A stretch of DNA of 64,000 bases, from the NCBI GenBank assembly GCA_964639975.1, contig CAZXER010000003.1, positions 5,968-69,967 of the forward strand. Reading direction: 5' to 3'. Made by a program: the position numbers and the translations under genes. Source of the stretch: an uncultured Halobacteriales archaeon. GTDB taxonomy: Archaea; Halobacteriota; Halobacteria; Halobacteriales; SKSH01. A model generated the notes under the pieces. That model saw nothing but the letters and a program-made list of their open reading frames with translations. It was not told the DNA's origin and ran no database searches. Shown here one piece after another: positions 26,571-36,047 of the stretch; positions within the stretch are counted from its first letter, which is position 1, and every line of letters begins with the position of its first letter.

Positions 26571-28526
26571 TTACTCCTCGGCGTAGAGATCCTCGACCTC
26601 GTCGCTGAAGTGCTCGAGAATGTTCCGACGTTTCTTCTTCAACGAAGGGGTGAGCAACTCGTTCTCCTCGGTGAACTCTTCCGGTACGAGTCTGAAATCC
26701 TCGATCTGTTCGTAGGATTCGAGCGTCCCGTTGACCTCGTCGATCTCATCGGCTATCGCCGACTTGACGCGGATGTTCTCGATAATGTCAACCGGTTCGT
26801 CGGGGAGATCTACATCGTTCTCCCCGGCCCATTCTCGGACTTCATCGAAGTTCGGGACGATCAACGCGGTGACGAACGGATGGTTATCGCCGAGGACCAT
26901 GCATTGCTCGACGAGACGGCTGGTGGCGAATTCGTCCTCTATCGGGACCGGCGCCACGTTCTTCCCGGTTGTGAGGACCGGGATCTCCTTGAGTCGTTCC
27001 TGGAAGACGAAGTACCCATCTGGACGTTTCTCGACGATATCACCCGTCCGGAACCACCCGTCATCGGTGAAGGCGAGCTCGTTGGCCTCGGGATTGTCGA
27101 GATACCCCTGGGTAACATTCGGTCCCTTCACCAGCAATTCACCGACGCTCCCATCGTCTGGACAATCATCCGGGGTACGAACGTCGCAGTCTAATCTGGT
27201 CTCGACATCGACGAGGGCAGGTCCGAGGGTCCCGATCTTTGGTGCCTCAGGCGGGTTGACAGTCAATACCGGTGACGTCTCGGTCAGGCCATACCCCTCG
27301 AGGATCGGTAGACCCATCCCGTGATACAACGCGTTGAGGTCGGCCGAGAGGCTGCCACCGCCACTGATGAAGAAGTCGAGTTGGCCGCCCAGCGCATCCC
27401 TGACAGTGCTGAACACGAGTTTGTCGGCGATCGAGCGCCTGAATCGAAGCCACGCACCTGGATCATCCACTCGATGGAACTCCTGGCCGACCTCGGTCGC
27501 CCAGCTGAAGATCTTCGCCTTGATCGGCGATGATCGGGCCTGCTTTCGGATCTCCCGGTAGATCTGTTCGTACACTCGCGGCACGGACGTGGCCGTGGTC
27601 GGTTCGATGAGCGAGAAATCCTCCTGAAGCGTATCCGGTGTCTCCGCGTATGCGACGCTCGCTCCAGAGAGGAACATCATGAAATGACCGGCAAGTCGCT
27701 CGAACACGTGCGCGAGCGGGAGGTACGAGACTGCTCTGGTCTCCTCGGTGATGGCCCCCGCATCTCGTGGTCTGTCCTCTCGAGGACCAAAGCGTCGGCG
27801 ACACTGGTTCACGTTCGACCGGAAGTTGCCATGGGTCAGGAGGACGCCCTTCGGGAGACCGGTTGTCCCGCTGGTGTAGATAATGCTGGCGAGATCATCG
27901 AGACTTCGTTCATCCAGCCATCCCTGATAGGCGTCGGGATCGAACGATGTGGCACCGCGCTCGTGGATGTCGGCGAGCGTGTAGACATCATCGCGCTCGC
28001 CAGCGGGATGGTCGCTTATATTGTCGATGACGACCACCCACTCGACAGTCTCGAGGTCGTCCTCAACCGACAGGAACCGGTCGAGTAACTCCGCATTCTC
28101 GAGGACAACACCCCTTGCCTGGGGATGATTCAGCAGGTAGATAACGTGGTCTTCGGAGGAGGTTGGATAGACGGTCGTGACAGTCGCTCCCGCTGCCAAC
28201 AGCGCGAAATCGGCCTGCGCCCACTCCATGCGGGTGTGGGCGAACATCGCGATCCGATCGTCCGCGGTGAGCCCGATCGAACGAAACCCCGCGGCGAGGT
28301 TGCGAACGATATCGCGCATGTCGCCGTACGTGATCGATCGGAACTCTCCCTCCGGGGCCGGCTCGAGGACGGGACCGACGAGCGATCGATCGAGTGTCCC
28401 CCCCTTGTAATACTGCGCAGGGCGAGACTCGTGTCGACGAGCGGCCGCTTCGAACGCTTCCGGGATGGTATCGTCACCGATGGTCGCGTCGTCGTAGGCT
28501 CGTTCGGCCTCTAGCAGCGTTGACAT
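26571..28526 (-). CDS. Long-chain fatty-acid-CoA ligase (AMP-dependent synthetase)
   Basis: Start moved to ATG 28526 ([11 protein letters not shown]). AMP-binding motif [18 protein letters not shown], then GYGLTE and [21 protein letters not shown]. Confidence 0.9.
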   Translation of the reverse strand: MSTLLEAERAYDDATIGDDTIPEAFEAAARRHESRPAQYYKGGTLDRSLVGPVLEPAPEGEFRSITYGDMRDIVRNLAAGFRSIGLTADDRIAMFAHTRMEWAQADFALLAAGATVTTVYPTSSEDHVIYLLNHPQARGVVLENAELLDRFLSVEDDLETVEWVVVIDNISDHPAGERDDVYTLADIHERGATSFDPDAYQGWLDERSLDDLASIIYTSGTTGLPKGVLLTHGNFRSNVNQCRRRFGPREDRPRDAGAITEETRAVSYLPLAHVFERLAGHFMMFLSGASVAYAETPDTLQEDFSLIEPTTATSVPRVYEQIYREIRKQARSSPIKAKIFSWATEVGQEFHRVDDPGAWLRFRRSIADKLVFSTVRDALGGQLDFFISGGGSLSADLNALYHGMGLPILEGYGLTETSPVLTVNPPEAPKIGTLGPALVDVETRLDCDVRTPDDCPDDGSVGELLVKGPNVTQGYLDNPEANELAFTDDGWFRTGDIVEKRPDGYFVFQERLKEIPVLTTGKNVAPVPIEDEFATSRLVEQCMVLGDNHPFVTALIVPNFDEVREWAGENDVDLPDEPVDIIENIRVKSAIADEIDEVNGTLESYEQIEDFRLVPEEFTEENELLTPSLKKKRRNILEHFSDEVEDLYAEE

Positions 28527-28564
28527 ATGGTGACATACGACACGTATAGCAAAACGGTTGCTGA

Positions 28565-29467
28565 TTATTCGTCGAGATAGCCCAAGACGCCACGGACGTT
28601 CATCGCCGTCTCTGCGAGGGAATGCTCCTTGCCCCATACAGCCACAGTGGATTCTCGTTCGAGGATGTGTTCGATGGTTGTCGCCTCGTCTGGTGAGTCC
28701 TCGTGGACCCGTCTGACCGTCTCCACCCACTCGCTGAGGACGTGCTCGTACTCGGTGAGTACGGCGGGATCAGCCACTGGTCCGAAGTGAGAGTACAGCA
28801 ACACCGCTGGTTCGAGTGATCTGAGGCGTTCCAGATCCCGGAGGTTCTGGTCGAGATCGAAATCCGGGGGCGGGGTCGTCGGCCTGACCGCACCGGTCGA
28901 TTGGACGTACAGTCCAGCCGCATCCGCGGGGAATAAAGCATCCTCGTCGGGGAGGTACAACGAGTGGTGATGGGGGGCGTGACCCGGGGTCTCGATGGCC
29001 TCGAGTGTTCGATCGCCGAGGTCTATCTCGTCACCATCGTCCAGTGGCGTTAGACGCGACTCGGGGATCGGCTCGGGTTCAACGTAGTGACGCCAGCGAT
29101 CACCGACCGCCGCCTTGGTTCCAGCGACCAGCCGGCCGGGGTCGACGAGATGTCGGACCCCACGTTCGTGGATGGCCACCGTTGCGTTGGGACATGCTTC
29201 GGCCAGGAAGCCAGCCCCACCGGCATGATCCAGATGTACGTGCGTCGGGATGATGTACTCGAGATCAGCTCGGGCGACGCCGGCCGTATCAAGGAGGTCT
29301 AACACCCGATCGAAGTGCTTACCGATACCGGTCTCGACCAGGGCAGGGCGCTCTCCGTCGAGGAGATAGACTGCCCCATACTCCTCGATGCCGTACAGCC
29401 CCGTATCGACGTACCAACAGTTCGCGACCAGGTCAGCATCCACCGTCGAGATGTCACCGATTCCCAT
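28565..29467 (-). CDS. MBL-fold metallo-hydrolase
   Basis: Start moved to ATG 29467 (MGIGDISTVD). HVHLDHAGG (HxHxDH) and TPGHAPHH. The upstream 173 codons of the track ORF are Ser-rich and antisense to serS. Confidence 0.8.
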   Translation of the reverse strand: MGIGDISTVDADLVANCWYVDTGLYGIEEYGAVYLLDGERPALVETGIGKHFDRVLDLLDTAGVARADLEYIIPTHVHLDHAGGAGFLAEACPNATVAIHERGVRHLVDPGRLVAGTKAAVGDRWRHYVEPEPIPESRLTPLDDGDEIDLGDRTLEAIETPGHAPHHHSLYLPDEDALFPADAAGLYVQSTGAVRPTTPPPDFDLDQNLRDLERLRSLEPAVLLYSHFGPVADPAVLTEYEHVLSEWVETVRRVHEDSPDEATTIEHILERESTVAVWGKEHSLAETAMNVRGVLGYLDE

Positions 29468-29561
29468 GGGAATACTGTCACCGGCAGCGCCATAGGCGTC
29501 CCGTTCCCGGACGAGAGAGCCACACGGTTTTTGTCGAGCCCCGAAGTAGGAGACGCAATCA

Positions 29562-30950
29562 ATGCTTGACAGAACCGTGGTTCGCGATGACCCCGAGCAG
29601 GTTCGCTGGGCCATCGAGGCCAAGGGCGTCGATGCGGCCGACCTCGACGCGCTGCTCGAGAAGGATGAGCGTTGGCGCGAACTCAAGGCACAGGGCGATG
29701 AGTTACGCCACCAACGCAACGAGATCAGCGAACGCATCGGCGAGCTCAAACGCTCGGGCGACGACGAGGCAGCCGAGGACGCCATCGAGCAGTCCCAGTC
29801 GCTCAAGGCAGAGCTCGACTCTATCGAAGCGGAGGCGAGCGAGCTCGAAGAGCAGATTCGGGCCGAGGAGTTGCTGCTACCGAACATCCCGCATGAGGAG
29901 GCGCCCATCGGTGAGGACGAGGACGACAACATCGAGACACATCGCTGGGGATTCGATGACTTGCGTGACCTGCCGGATGAGGTCATCCCCCACTACGATC
30001 TCGCCGAGGAGCTGGAGCTCATCGATTTTACCCGTGGGGCCAAGGTGGCCGGTGGTGGCTTTCAATTCCTGAAGGGCGACGGGGCACGCCTCGAGTACGC
30101 GCTGATGCAGTTCATGCTCGATCTGCATCGGGAGGAACACGGCTATCACGACATCTTCCCGCCGTTGCCGGTCAACAGCGCAGCGATGCGGGGAACCGGG
30201 CAGTTTCCCGAGTTCTTCGTCGACGATGCGTTCAGGATCGGAGGCTCGAACGAAGAGGCATACGACGACGATGACCTGTGGCTGCTCCCAACCGCGGAGG
30301 TGCCGGTTACCAACATGTACGCCGATGAGATCCTGCTCGATGACGATCTCCCGGTCAAGCACGTCGCGTTCTCGCCGAACTTCCGCCGCGAGGCCGGCGA
30401 ACACGGGACGAAGACGCGGGGGTACGTCCGCGTCCACCAGTTCAACAAGGTCGAGCTCGTGAACTTCGTCAAGCCAAGCAACGGTGAAGACAGACACCAG
30501 GAGCTCCTCCGGGAGGCGGAGGAAGTGCTCCGTCAGCTCGAACTCCCCTACCGGGTGCTCGAGATCTGCACTGGCGACATGGGGGCCCCACATCACCGTC
30601 AGTACGACCTCGAGGTGTGGGCACCTGCCGATGACATGCCCGATGGGCCGGATGTCGGCGGTCGCTGGCTCGAGGTGTCCTCAGCCTCTCACTTCACCGA
30701 GTATCAGGCTCGACGCGCCGGGCTTCGCTACCGTCCAGAACGCCACGAATCGGCGGAGTATCTCCACACGCTCAACGCCTCTGGTATCGCGTTAGCACGA
30801 ACCGTGGTGGCGATCATGGAGTACTACCAGAACGACGACGGGACCATCACCGTCCCCGAGGTGCTCAGGCCGTACATGAACGGACAGACGGTCATCGAGG
30901 GACACGATCCCATCGGCGAGAGCGCAGTGGGTGCCGGCCGTCGGGACTAG
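29562..30950 (+). CDS. serS: Seryl-tRNA synthetase
   Basis: 462 aa. N-terminal coiled-coil arm and class II motifs (FRREAG, GRWLEVSSASHFTEYQARR, LNASGIALARTVVAIMEYYQ). Confidence 0.95.
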   Translation: MLDRTVVRDDPEQVRWAIEAKGVDAADLDALLEKDERWRELKAQGDELRHQRNEISERIGELKRSGDDEAAEDAIEQSQSLKAELDSIEAEASELEEQIRAEELLLPNIPHEEAPIGEDEDDNIETHRWGFDDLRDLPDEVIPHYDLAEELELIDFTRGAKVAGGGFQFLKGDGARLEYALMQFMLDLHREEHGYHDIFPPLPVNSAAMRGTGQFPEFFVDDAFRIGGSNEEAYDDDDLWLLPTAEVPVTNMYADEILLDDDLPVKHVAFSPNFRREAGEHGTKTRGYVRVHQFNKVELVNFVKPSNGEDRHQELLREAEEVLRQLELPYRVLEICTGDMGAPHHRQYDLEVWAPADDMPDGPDVGGRWLEVSSASHFTEYQARRAGLRYRPERHESAEYLHTLNASGIALARTVVAIMEYYQNDDGTITVPEVLRPYMNGQTVIEGHDPIGESAVGAGRRD

Positions 30951-31108
30951 GGAACGGGTACCGTCGCCACGATACCTCAAGCCATCTACATAAATCGGAT
31001 TCAGCGAACGCCTTTGGTCCTGTACCGTGTATATCGGTGTATGATGGTACCCGAATCTCACGGTTGCGTCACGCACCCAGCACGCTCGATCCACCGAGGT
31101 GAACCCCG

Positions 31109-32845
31109 ATGACGGATGCGTTCGTCGAAGTCGGCAGCGTCGAGGATGCGAAGACTGACTCGCCACATGTCATCCGAATCGAGGGCCAATCGATCGGGTT
31201 GTTCTATCACGATGGAGACTTTCACGCGACGGATCTGCACTGCCCCCATATGGGGTTCCCACTGACTGACGGCAGTGTCGAGGACGGGATCCTCACCTGT
31301 CCCTGGCACCACGCCCGCTTCGAGCTGAACTGCGGTGATACCCTGGATCCGTTCGCCGACGACGTCCAGACGTACCCCGTGGAGGTGCGAGACGGGTCGG
31401 TCTTCGTCTCGCCGATCGCCTCGCGAGAGCTCGAACCGGCCGAACACTGGCAGAATCGTCTCGAACACGGGCTCAGAGAGGATCTCAGCCTCATCATCGC
31501 GAAGGCCGTGATCGGCCTCGATGACGCGGGTGTCGACTACCGGGAACCGGTCGAAACCGCGCTCGAATTCGGGACCACCTACCGCGAGGCTGGCTGGGGA
31601 CGGGGGTTGACCACGCTCGGTGTGATGGCCAATCTGGTGCCCACGTTGGCGCCAGCCGATCGCCGACGGGCGATGTACATCGGCATCTCGGAGGTCGCAG
31701 ACGAGTGTGCGGGAGAACCGCCTCGTTTCGCGCAGGACCCCCTCTCGAATACGGATGTGCCACCAGATCGACTCAAACGGTGGTTCCTCGAGTCGATCGA
31801 GGTCCGCGATAGCGATGGTGCAGAGCGGGTGCTCCGGGCCGCCGTCAGAGCCGGGTACGCGGAGGACGACCTGGCCGAGTTGCTCGTCGCAGCGGCGACG
31901 GACCACCTCTACCTCGATACCGGCCACCGTCTCGACTTCATCAACAAGGCGTTCGAGACGCTCGATCTCGTCGGCTGGGACCGCGCCGAGACCACCCTGG
32001 CAAGCCTGGTCCCTGGTCTGGCGAGTGCACAGCGGGCGGAGGAGACGGCCTCCTGGCGCCAACCCGACGACATCGCCGCATTGTGTTTCGAGGCGGCAGA
32101 CGAGCTGCCAGCCCTCGTCGAGGCCGGTAGCGACGACACCTGGACGGAACCACCGGAGTTCGTCGAGACGCTCATGGGTGACGATCCTGCAGCGATCATC
32201 GATGCGCTGACGAGTGCGATTTCAGCGGGAGCGAGCGCTCGCGAGCTCGCCCGTATCCTCGCCTTCTGTGGAGCCAGGCGGATCGCCCACTTCGGGACCG
32301 CCAACGAGTTCCGGGACTGGAATACCGTCCACCACACGTACACCTACCTGAACGCGGTGCACGGCCTCGCCGGGCGGACCGACGCGATCGAAGCGTACCG
32401 CGGGCTCTTCGACGGGGCGATGAACGTCTACCTCGACCGCTACCTCAACACGCCACCACAGCGCATCCCCGAACCAGAGGGAGACAGCGACCCAGATCGG
32501 GCCCTCGATGACCTGCTCGAGACCTTCGAGACCGAGTCACGAGAGACCGTCAACCAGGCGGGTCGAGCCACCGCCCGGTATCTCGACGGCGGCGGCGATG
32601 TGGATCGGCTCAAACGGGAGATCGGCGGTGCGCTTGTCAGAGAGGACGTTGGCTTTCACCCGAGACAGAACGTCGAGGCGGCGTTCAACCAGTACGATCT
32701 AGCGACGTCAGACGAGCGAGCTCGCGTCCACCTCATCGCCACCGCCCGGTACCTCGCCGCGCACACGCCGACGAGACGTGCCGGCGAGCAGACGTTCTCG
32801 ATCGCGGAACGGCTCAACCAAGGCGAGGCGATCCACGAGCAGTAG
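31109..32845 (+). CDS. Rieske [2Fe-2S] domain protein fused to a ~450-aa uncharacterised C-terminal region
   Basis: CPHMGFPL-x14-CPWHHARF Rieske ligands in aa ~45-75. No family recognised for the remainder. The 334-aa antisense ORF is rejected. Confidence 0.75.
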   Translation: MTDAFVEVGSVEDAKTDSPHVIRIEGQSIGLFYHDGDFHATDLHCPHMGFPLTDGSVEDGILTCPWHHARFELNCGDTLDPFADDVQTYPVEVRDGSVFVSPIASRELEPAEHWQNRLEHGLREDLSLIIAKAVIGLDDAGVDYREPVETALEFGTTYREAGWGRGLTTLGVMANLVPTLAPADRRRAMYIGISEVADECAGEPPRFAQDPLSNTDVPPDRLKRWFLESIEVRDSDGAERVLRAAVRAGYAEDDLAELLVAAATDHLYLDTGHRLDFINKAFETLDLVGWDRAETTLASLVPGLASAQRAEETASWRQPDDIAALCFEAADELPALVEAGSDDTWTEPPEFVETLMGDDPAAIIDALTSAISAGASARELARILAFCGARRIAHFGTANEFRDWNTVHHTYTYLNAVHGLAGRTDAIEAYRGLFDGAMNVYLDRYLNTPPQRIPEPEGDSDPDRALDDLLETFETESRETVNQAGRATARYLDGGGDVDRLKREIGGALVREDVGFHPRQNVEAAFNQYDLATSDERARVHLIATARYLAAHTPTRRAGEQTFSIAERLNQGEAIHEQ

Positions 32846-32893
32846 GGTCGCTCGCCCCTGGCGCTTATCTACGACTCTCGCCAAGGATAGCGC

Positions 32894-33400
32894 GTGGAGG
32901 TACACATCTACTACGAGGGCGACGACGACCCCGACAAGTGTACCGCTCGTCGTCTCGAGCAGTTCTCACTTGCCACCCTCCATCGGTCGCTTCGCCAGCC
33001 ACCGTCAGGGATCGTTCTCGATCCCTACGCCGAACAGGCGCTGTCGCCAGCAGATGGCGATCACGAGGTCCTCGTCGGAGTCGATCGGTCTTGGACGTCC
33101 GCGGACGAGGATGGGTTTGACCTGGAAGGCACCCACCGGGCGCTTCCCTTCCTCGTCGCCGCCAACCCGGTTAACTACGGCCGGCCGTTCCGGCTGACCA
33201 CCGTAGAGGCACTCGCTGGAGCGCTCGCGATCCTCGGCGAGACCGAGCACGCCGAATCGCTGCTCGAGCCGTTCCGGTGGGGTGATACCTTCCTCACGCT
33301 CAACGAAGAGCCGCTTCGTCGCTACGCGGCCTGTACTGACTCGAGCGAGGTCGTCGAGGTGCAAGACGAGTACCTCGAACCCTCGGACCAGCACGCTTAA
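32894..33400 (+). CDS. tsr3: 16S rRNA aminocarboxypropyltransferase Tsr3 (DUF367)
   Basis: GTG start. [15 protein letters not shown] and [28 protein letters not shown] are family hallmarks. Confidence 0.8.
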   Translation: MEVHIYYEGDDDPDKCTARRLEQFSLATLHRSLRQPPSGIVLDPYAEQALSPADGDHEVLVGVDRSWTSADEDGFDLEGTHRALPFLVAANPVNYGRPFRLTTVEALAGALAILGETEHAESLLEPFRWGDTFLTLNEEPLRRYAACTDSSEVVEVQDEYLEPSDQHA

Positions 33401-33428
33401 TGGTCACAAGCGGATACGACGGGTCACG

Positions 33429-33578
33429 ATGGCTCGATTCCCCGAGGCGGAGGAACGGTTGTTGCACAAGCAGATCTGTATGCGATGTAACGCCCGGAAC
33501 CCGCAGGATGCAGACCAATGTCGCAAGTGCGGATACGGCCGACTTCGACCGAAAGCGATCGAATCGCGAAGCGCCTAA
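33429..33578 (+). CDS. rpl40e: 50S ribosomal protein L40e
   Basis: [49 protein letters not shown] (49 aa). C-x2-C...C-x2-C. Inner ATG of track ORF 33282..33578. Confidence 0.85.
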   Translation: MARFPEAEERLLHKQICMRCNARNPQDADQCRKCGYGRLRPKAIESRSA

Positions 33579-33586
33579 GCAGGCTC

Positions 33587-34195
33587 TTATTCAGGGTACT
33601 TCGGGTTGCGACGGCTTGCCCGCTCCAGCGATCGCTGGATGACCTCGATGACGTTACCGTCAAACACTCGTCCGTGCCCGGGGTACATGGTCTGAATCGA
33701 GCTTGGCACCGTATCCAGCAGCCGCTCGATCGACTCGATGAGAACCTCTCTATCGGCCCCCGGGATATCGGTGCGACCGAAGCTGCCATCGTCGAAGGCG
33801 CCATCGTTGTAGACGACGATATCCCCGCTAAACAGCGACGACTCATCGAACAGGACCACGTGATCCGCTGCATGTCCAGGGGTGTGGATGGCCGTCACCA
33901 TCGAGTCGCCAAGTGGGAGCTGGGCACCATCGTCGATAGCGCTGGTGCGCAGGGGATGAGAATCGAAGGCGTACACCTCCGGGTCGAAGCGGTCGACGAC
34001 CTGCGATAACTGCTCGATGTGGTCGGGATGCGTATGGGTCAGGTAGATGGCGTCGAGGTCATCGGTGTGCTCTGCAATGGTATCGACAACGCCGGGTGGA
34101 GTACCCACATCGACCAGTGCGGTTGTGTCACCGGGAACGAGATACGCGTTCGCCGTGAATCCCGCTGCCCCCTCGGTGACGACGATCGGATCCAT
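33587..34195 (-). CDS. MBL-fold metallo-hydrolase (glyoxalase II-like)
   Basis: 202 aa. LTHTHPDH (HxHxDH), TPGHAADH and YPGHG. Confidence 0.8.
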   Translation of the reverse strand: MDPIVVTEGAAGFTANAYLVPGDTTALVDVGTPPGVVDTIAEHTDDLDAIYLTHTHPDHIEQLSQVVDRFDPEVYAFDSHPLRTSAIDDGAQLPLGDSMVTAIHTPGHAADHVVLFDESSLFSGDIVVYNDGAFDDGSFGRTDIPGADREVLIESIERLLDTVPSSIQTMYPGHGRVFDGNVIEVIQRSLERASRRNPKYPE

Positions 34196-34276
34196 ACCTC
34201 CGGTAGGTACGGAGGGTACAAGAAACTGATAGAGAGACCCATAGTCCTTTACTTATACGGCCCATATACGTCACAT

Positions 34277-34468
34277 ATGGGATTCGGCAGTTACGATGAA
34301 TCCGAACAGGAACGCCAAGAAATCGATGCCGACGAGTTGGCATCGGACGTCTCCGAGCGCAGCGAGGCATCCGACCACGAGGGGGATGTCAATTTCGAGA
34401 TCGGGGCCTCTCAAGACCAGTTGCTCGACAACCTCAAGGAGATCAAGGAGTCCAACGACGAGGAATGA
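34277..34468 (+). CDS. Small (63 aa) very acidic protein (DUF5786-like from memory)
   Basis: Inner ATG 34277: MGFGSYDESEQERQEIDADELASDV...LLDNLKEIKESNDEE. Its stop overlaps the next start (ATGA at 34465-34468). Confidence 0.55.
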   Translation: MGFGSYDESEQERQEIDADELASDVSERSEASDHEGDVNFEIGASQDQLLDNLKEIKESNDEE

Positions 34469-35019
34469 AAGCCGGGGCCCGAGCGCTCGGCATCGCAGAG
34501 TCCTATACGGGTGAGGAAAGCACGCTCGCCGGTGTGCTCATGACCGGCGACGGTCGTGTTGATGACTTTTGCTTCGGATCGTGTACCGTCGGTGGATTGG
34601 ATGTCACCGAGTCGATCACAGACCTGATCGGTCGCCTCAACCGAGCGGATACCCGAGCGATCCTCGTCGCCGGTGTCGCGCTCGCGTGGTACAATATCGT
34701 CGAGCTCGACGAACTGTCGGAGGCGGTTACACCACCGGTTATCTCGGTGTCCTTCGAGGCGAGTGAGGGACTGGAGGATGCCATCGAGGCGGCCTTCTCT
34801 GGTGAACAACGCCTCGAACGGCTCGATAGCTATCGGGCGTTACCTCCTCGCGAAGAAATACAAGTGGCCGGTCGGACGTTGTTCGTCCGCTCGCCTGACG
34901 TCTCGACTCCCCGGGCCACCGAGATCGTCCGGACGTTCATGCACGAGGGAACCGATCGGCCCGAGCCGCTTCGAGTCGCAAATCTAGCCGCCCGTGCGGT
35001 CGATGCTAGTCGTACATGA
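34465..35019 (+). CDS. DUF99/UPF0215 family protein (annotated 'endonuclease dU' in some databases, from memory)
   Basis: 184 aa. RALGIAESYTG...LAGVLMTGDGRVDDF...ILVAGVALAWYNIV is typical of UPF0215. Confidence 0.7.
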   Translation: MKAGARALGIAESYTGEESTLAGVLMTGDGRVDDFCFGSCTVGGLDVTESITDLIGRLNRADTRAILVAGVALAWYNIVELDELSEAVTPPVISVSFEASEGLEDAIEAAFSGEQRLERLDSYRALPPREEIQVAGRTLFVRSPDVSTPRATEIVRTFMHEGTDRPEPLRVANLAARAVDASRT

Positions 35020-35576
35020 TCGAACGCGACGGACCGGAGGTCCGCAACTGCACGCTGTGTTCCGACCTCGTCGAGAGTCGATCACAGATCGTGAACGGAC
35101 GAGGGGACGACGATGCCCGACTCGTGTTGATCGGAGAGGCACCTGGCCAGGTAGAGGATGCCGAGGGGCGCCCCTTCGTCGGACGGAGTGGGGAGATCCT
35201 CGAGGATACCCTGACGAAGTTCGGTGTCGAGCCACACGATGTCCGTATCACGAACTGTGTCCGCTGTCGACCGCCAGACAATCGCGATCCACGTGTCGGT
35301 GAGCGGCGAAACTGTCGCGGGCACCTCGATGTCGAGATCGGCGCGGTCGATCCCGCCGTCGTCCTCACCCTCGGCCGGGTGCCTGCAGAGGAACTCCTCG
35401 ATGAGTCGATCGCCGTGACCAAACGAGCCGGCGAGAATATCGAGATCGACATCGCTGGTGCCACCCGTCAGCTCGTCATCGGCTTGCATCCAGCGGCCAC
35501 CATGTACGATCGCTCGGTGTTGTCGACCTTCGAATCGGCAGTTGAGACCGCGATCGACCTCGCGGAGATCCGGTGA
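35016..35576 (+). CDS. udg: Uracil-DNA glycosylase, family 4
   Basis: CTLC...GEAPGQVEDAEGRPFVGRSG (motif A), NCVRCRPP (Fe-S Cys), HPAATMY (motif B). The ATGA overlap with the DUF99 gene is at 35016-35019. Confidence 0.85.
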   Translation: MIERDGPEVRNCTLCSDLVESRSQIVNGRGDDDARLVLIGEAPGQVEDAEGRPFVGRSGEILEDTLTKFGVEPHDVRITNCVRCRPPDNRDPRVGERRNCRGHLDVEIGAVDPAVVLTLGRVPAEELLDESIAVTKRAGENIEIDIAGATRQLVIGLHPAATMYDRSVLSTFESAVETAIDLAEIR

Positions 35577-35586
35577 CGGTTCCGCC

Positions 35587-35934
35587 TCAGACGAGATCAC
35601 GGACCTCGGTGTACCAGAGATCGTGGTGATCGAGCTCGTCGGTGCGATCTGCGATAATCACCGCGAGTTCGTGCCAACACCGCTCGTTCGGATCGTCGCG
35701 ATCGAGGTTGTACCTGGCGTCGTTGCAGTCACAGCGCTCGCCCTCGACGATGTACTCGTCTGAATGGCCCACGACGACGGTGAAATCGAGGTACTGCTTG
35801 ACCCGGCGTTCGCCAACCGCCTCGATGGCCCGACGGCCACGTTCGCCGTGCAGGTCGACGATCCGGTCGACGAGCGTCGGCGTGAGCTCACCGTGGTCCG
35901 CTAGGTCGCTTACCCACTCGTCGAAGGCGCTCAT
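35587..35934 (-). CDS. SWIM zinc-finger protein
   Basis: Start moved to ATG 35934 (MSAFDEWVSDL). SWIM signature CDCNDARYNL...ERCWHELAV (C-x-C-xn-C-x-H). Confidence 0.65.
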   Translation of the reverse strand: MSAFDEWVSDLADHGELTPTLVDRIVDLHGERGRRAIEAVGERRVKQYLDFTVVVGHSDEYIVEGERCDCNDARYNLDRDDPNERCWHELAVIIADRTDELDHHDLWYTEVRDLV

Positions 35935-36047
35935 GATCCGGGTAGCCCGACGCACGTTCGAGACCCCGGCACAAAACCAATTCGATGGCGGAACCCGTAT
36001 CCGGTCAATCAACGGGGATTTTTCGCCTCGGCGTCCCCAGCGGTACC

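Noticed and set aside
28527-28730. 68-codon N-terminal extension of the acyl-CoA ligase ORF
   Set aside because: It is basic Arg/Gly-rich sequence that overlaps the neighbouring gene's 3' end. [11 protein letters not shown] at 28526 is a typical start.
29468-29986. Ser-rich 173-codon N-terminal extension of the MBL hydrolase ORF
   Set aside because: It is antisense to serS, has an extreme Ser bias, and an internal ATG at 29467 gives a normal MBL N-terminus.
31058-32062. 334-aa reverse-strand ORF opposite the Rieske-domain gene
   Set aside because: It is Arg-rich and low-complexity. The forward frame carries clear Rieske ligands and halophilic composition.
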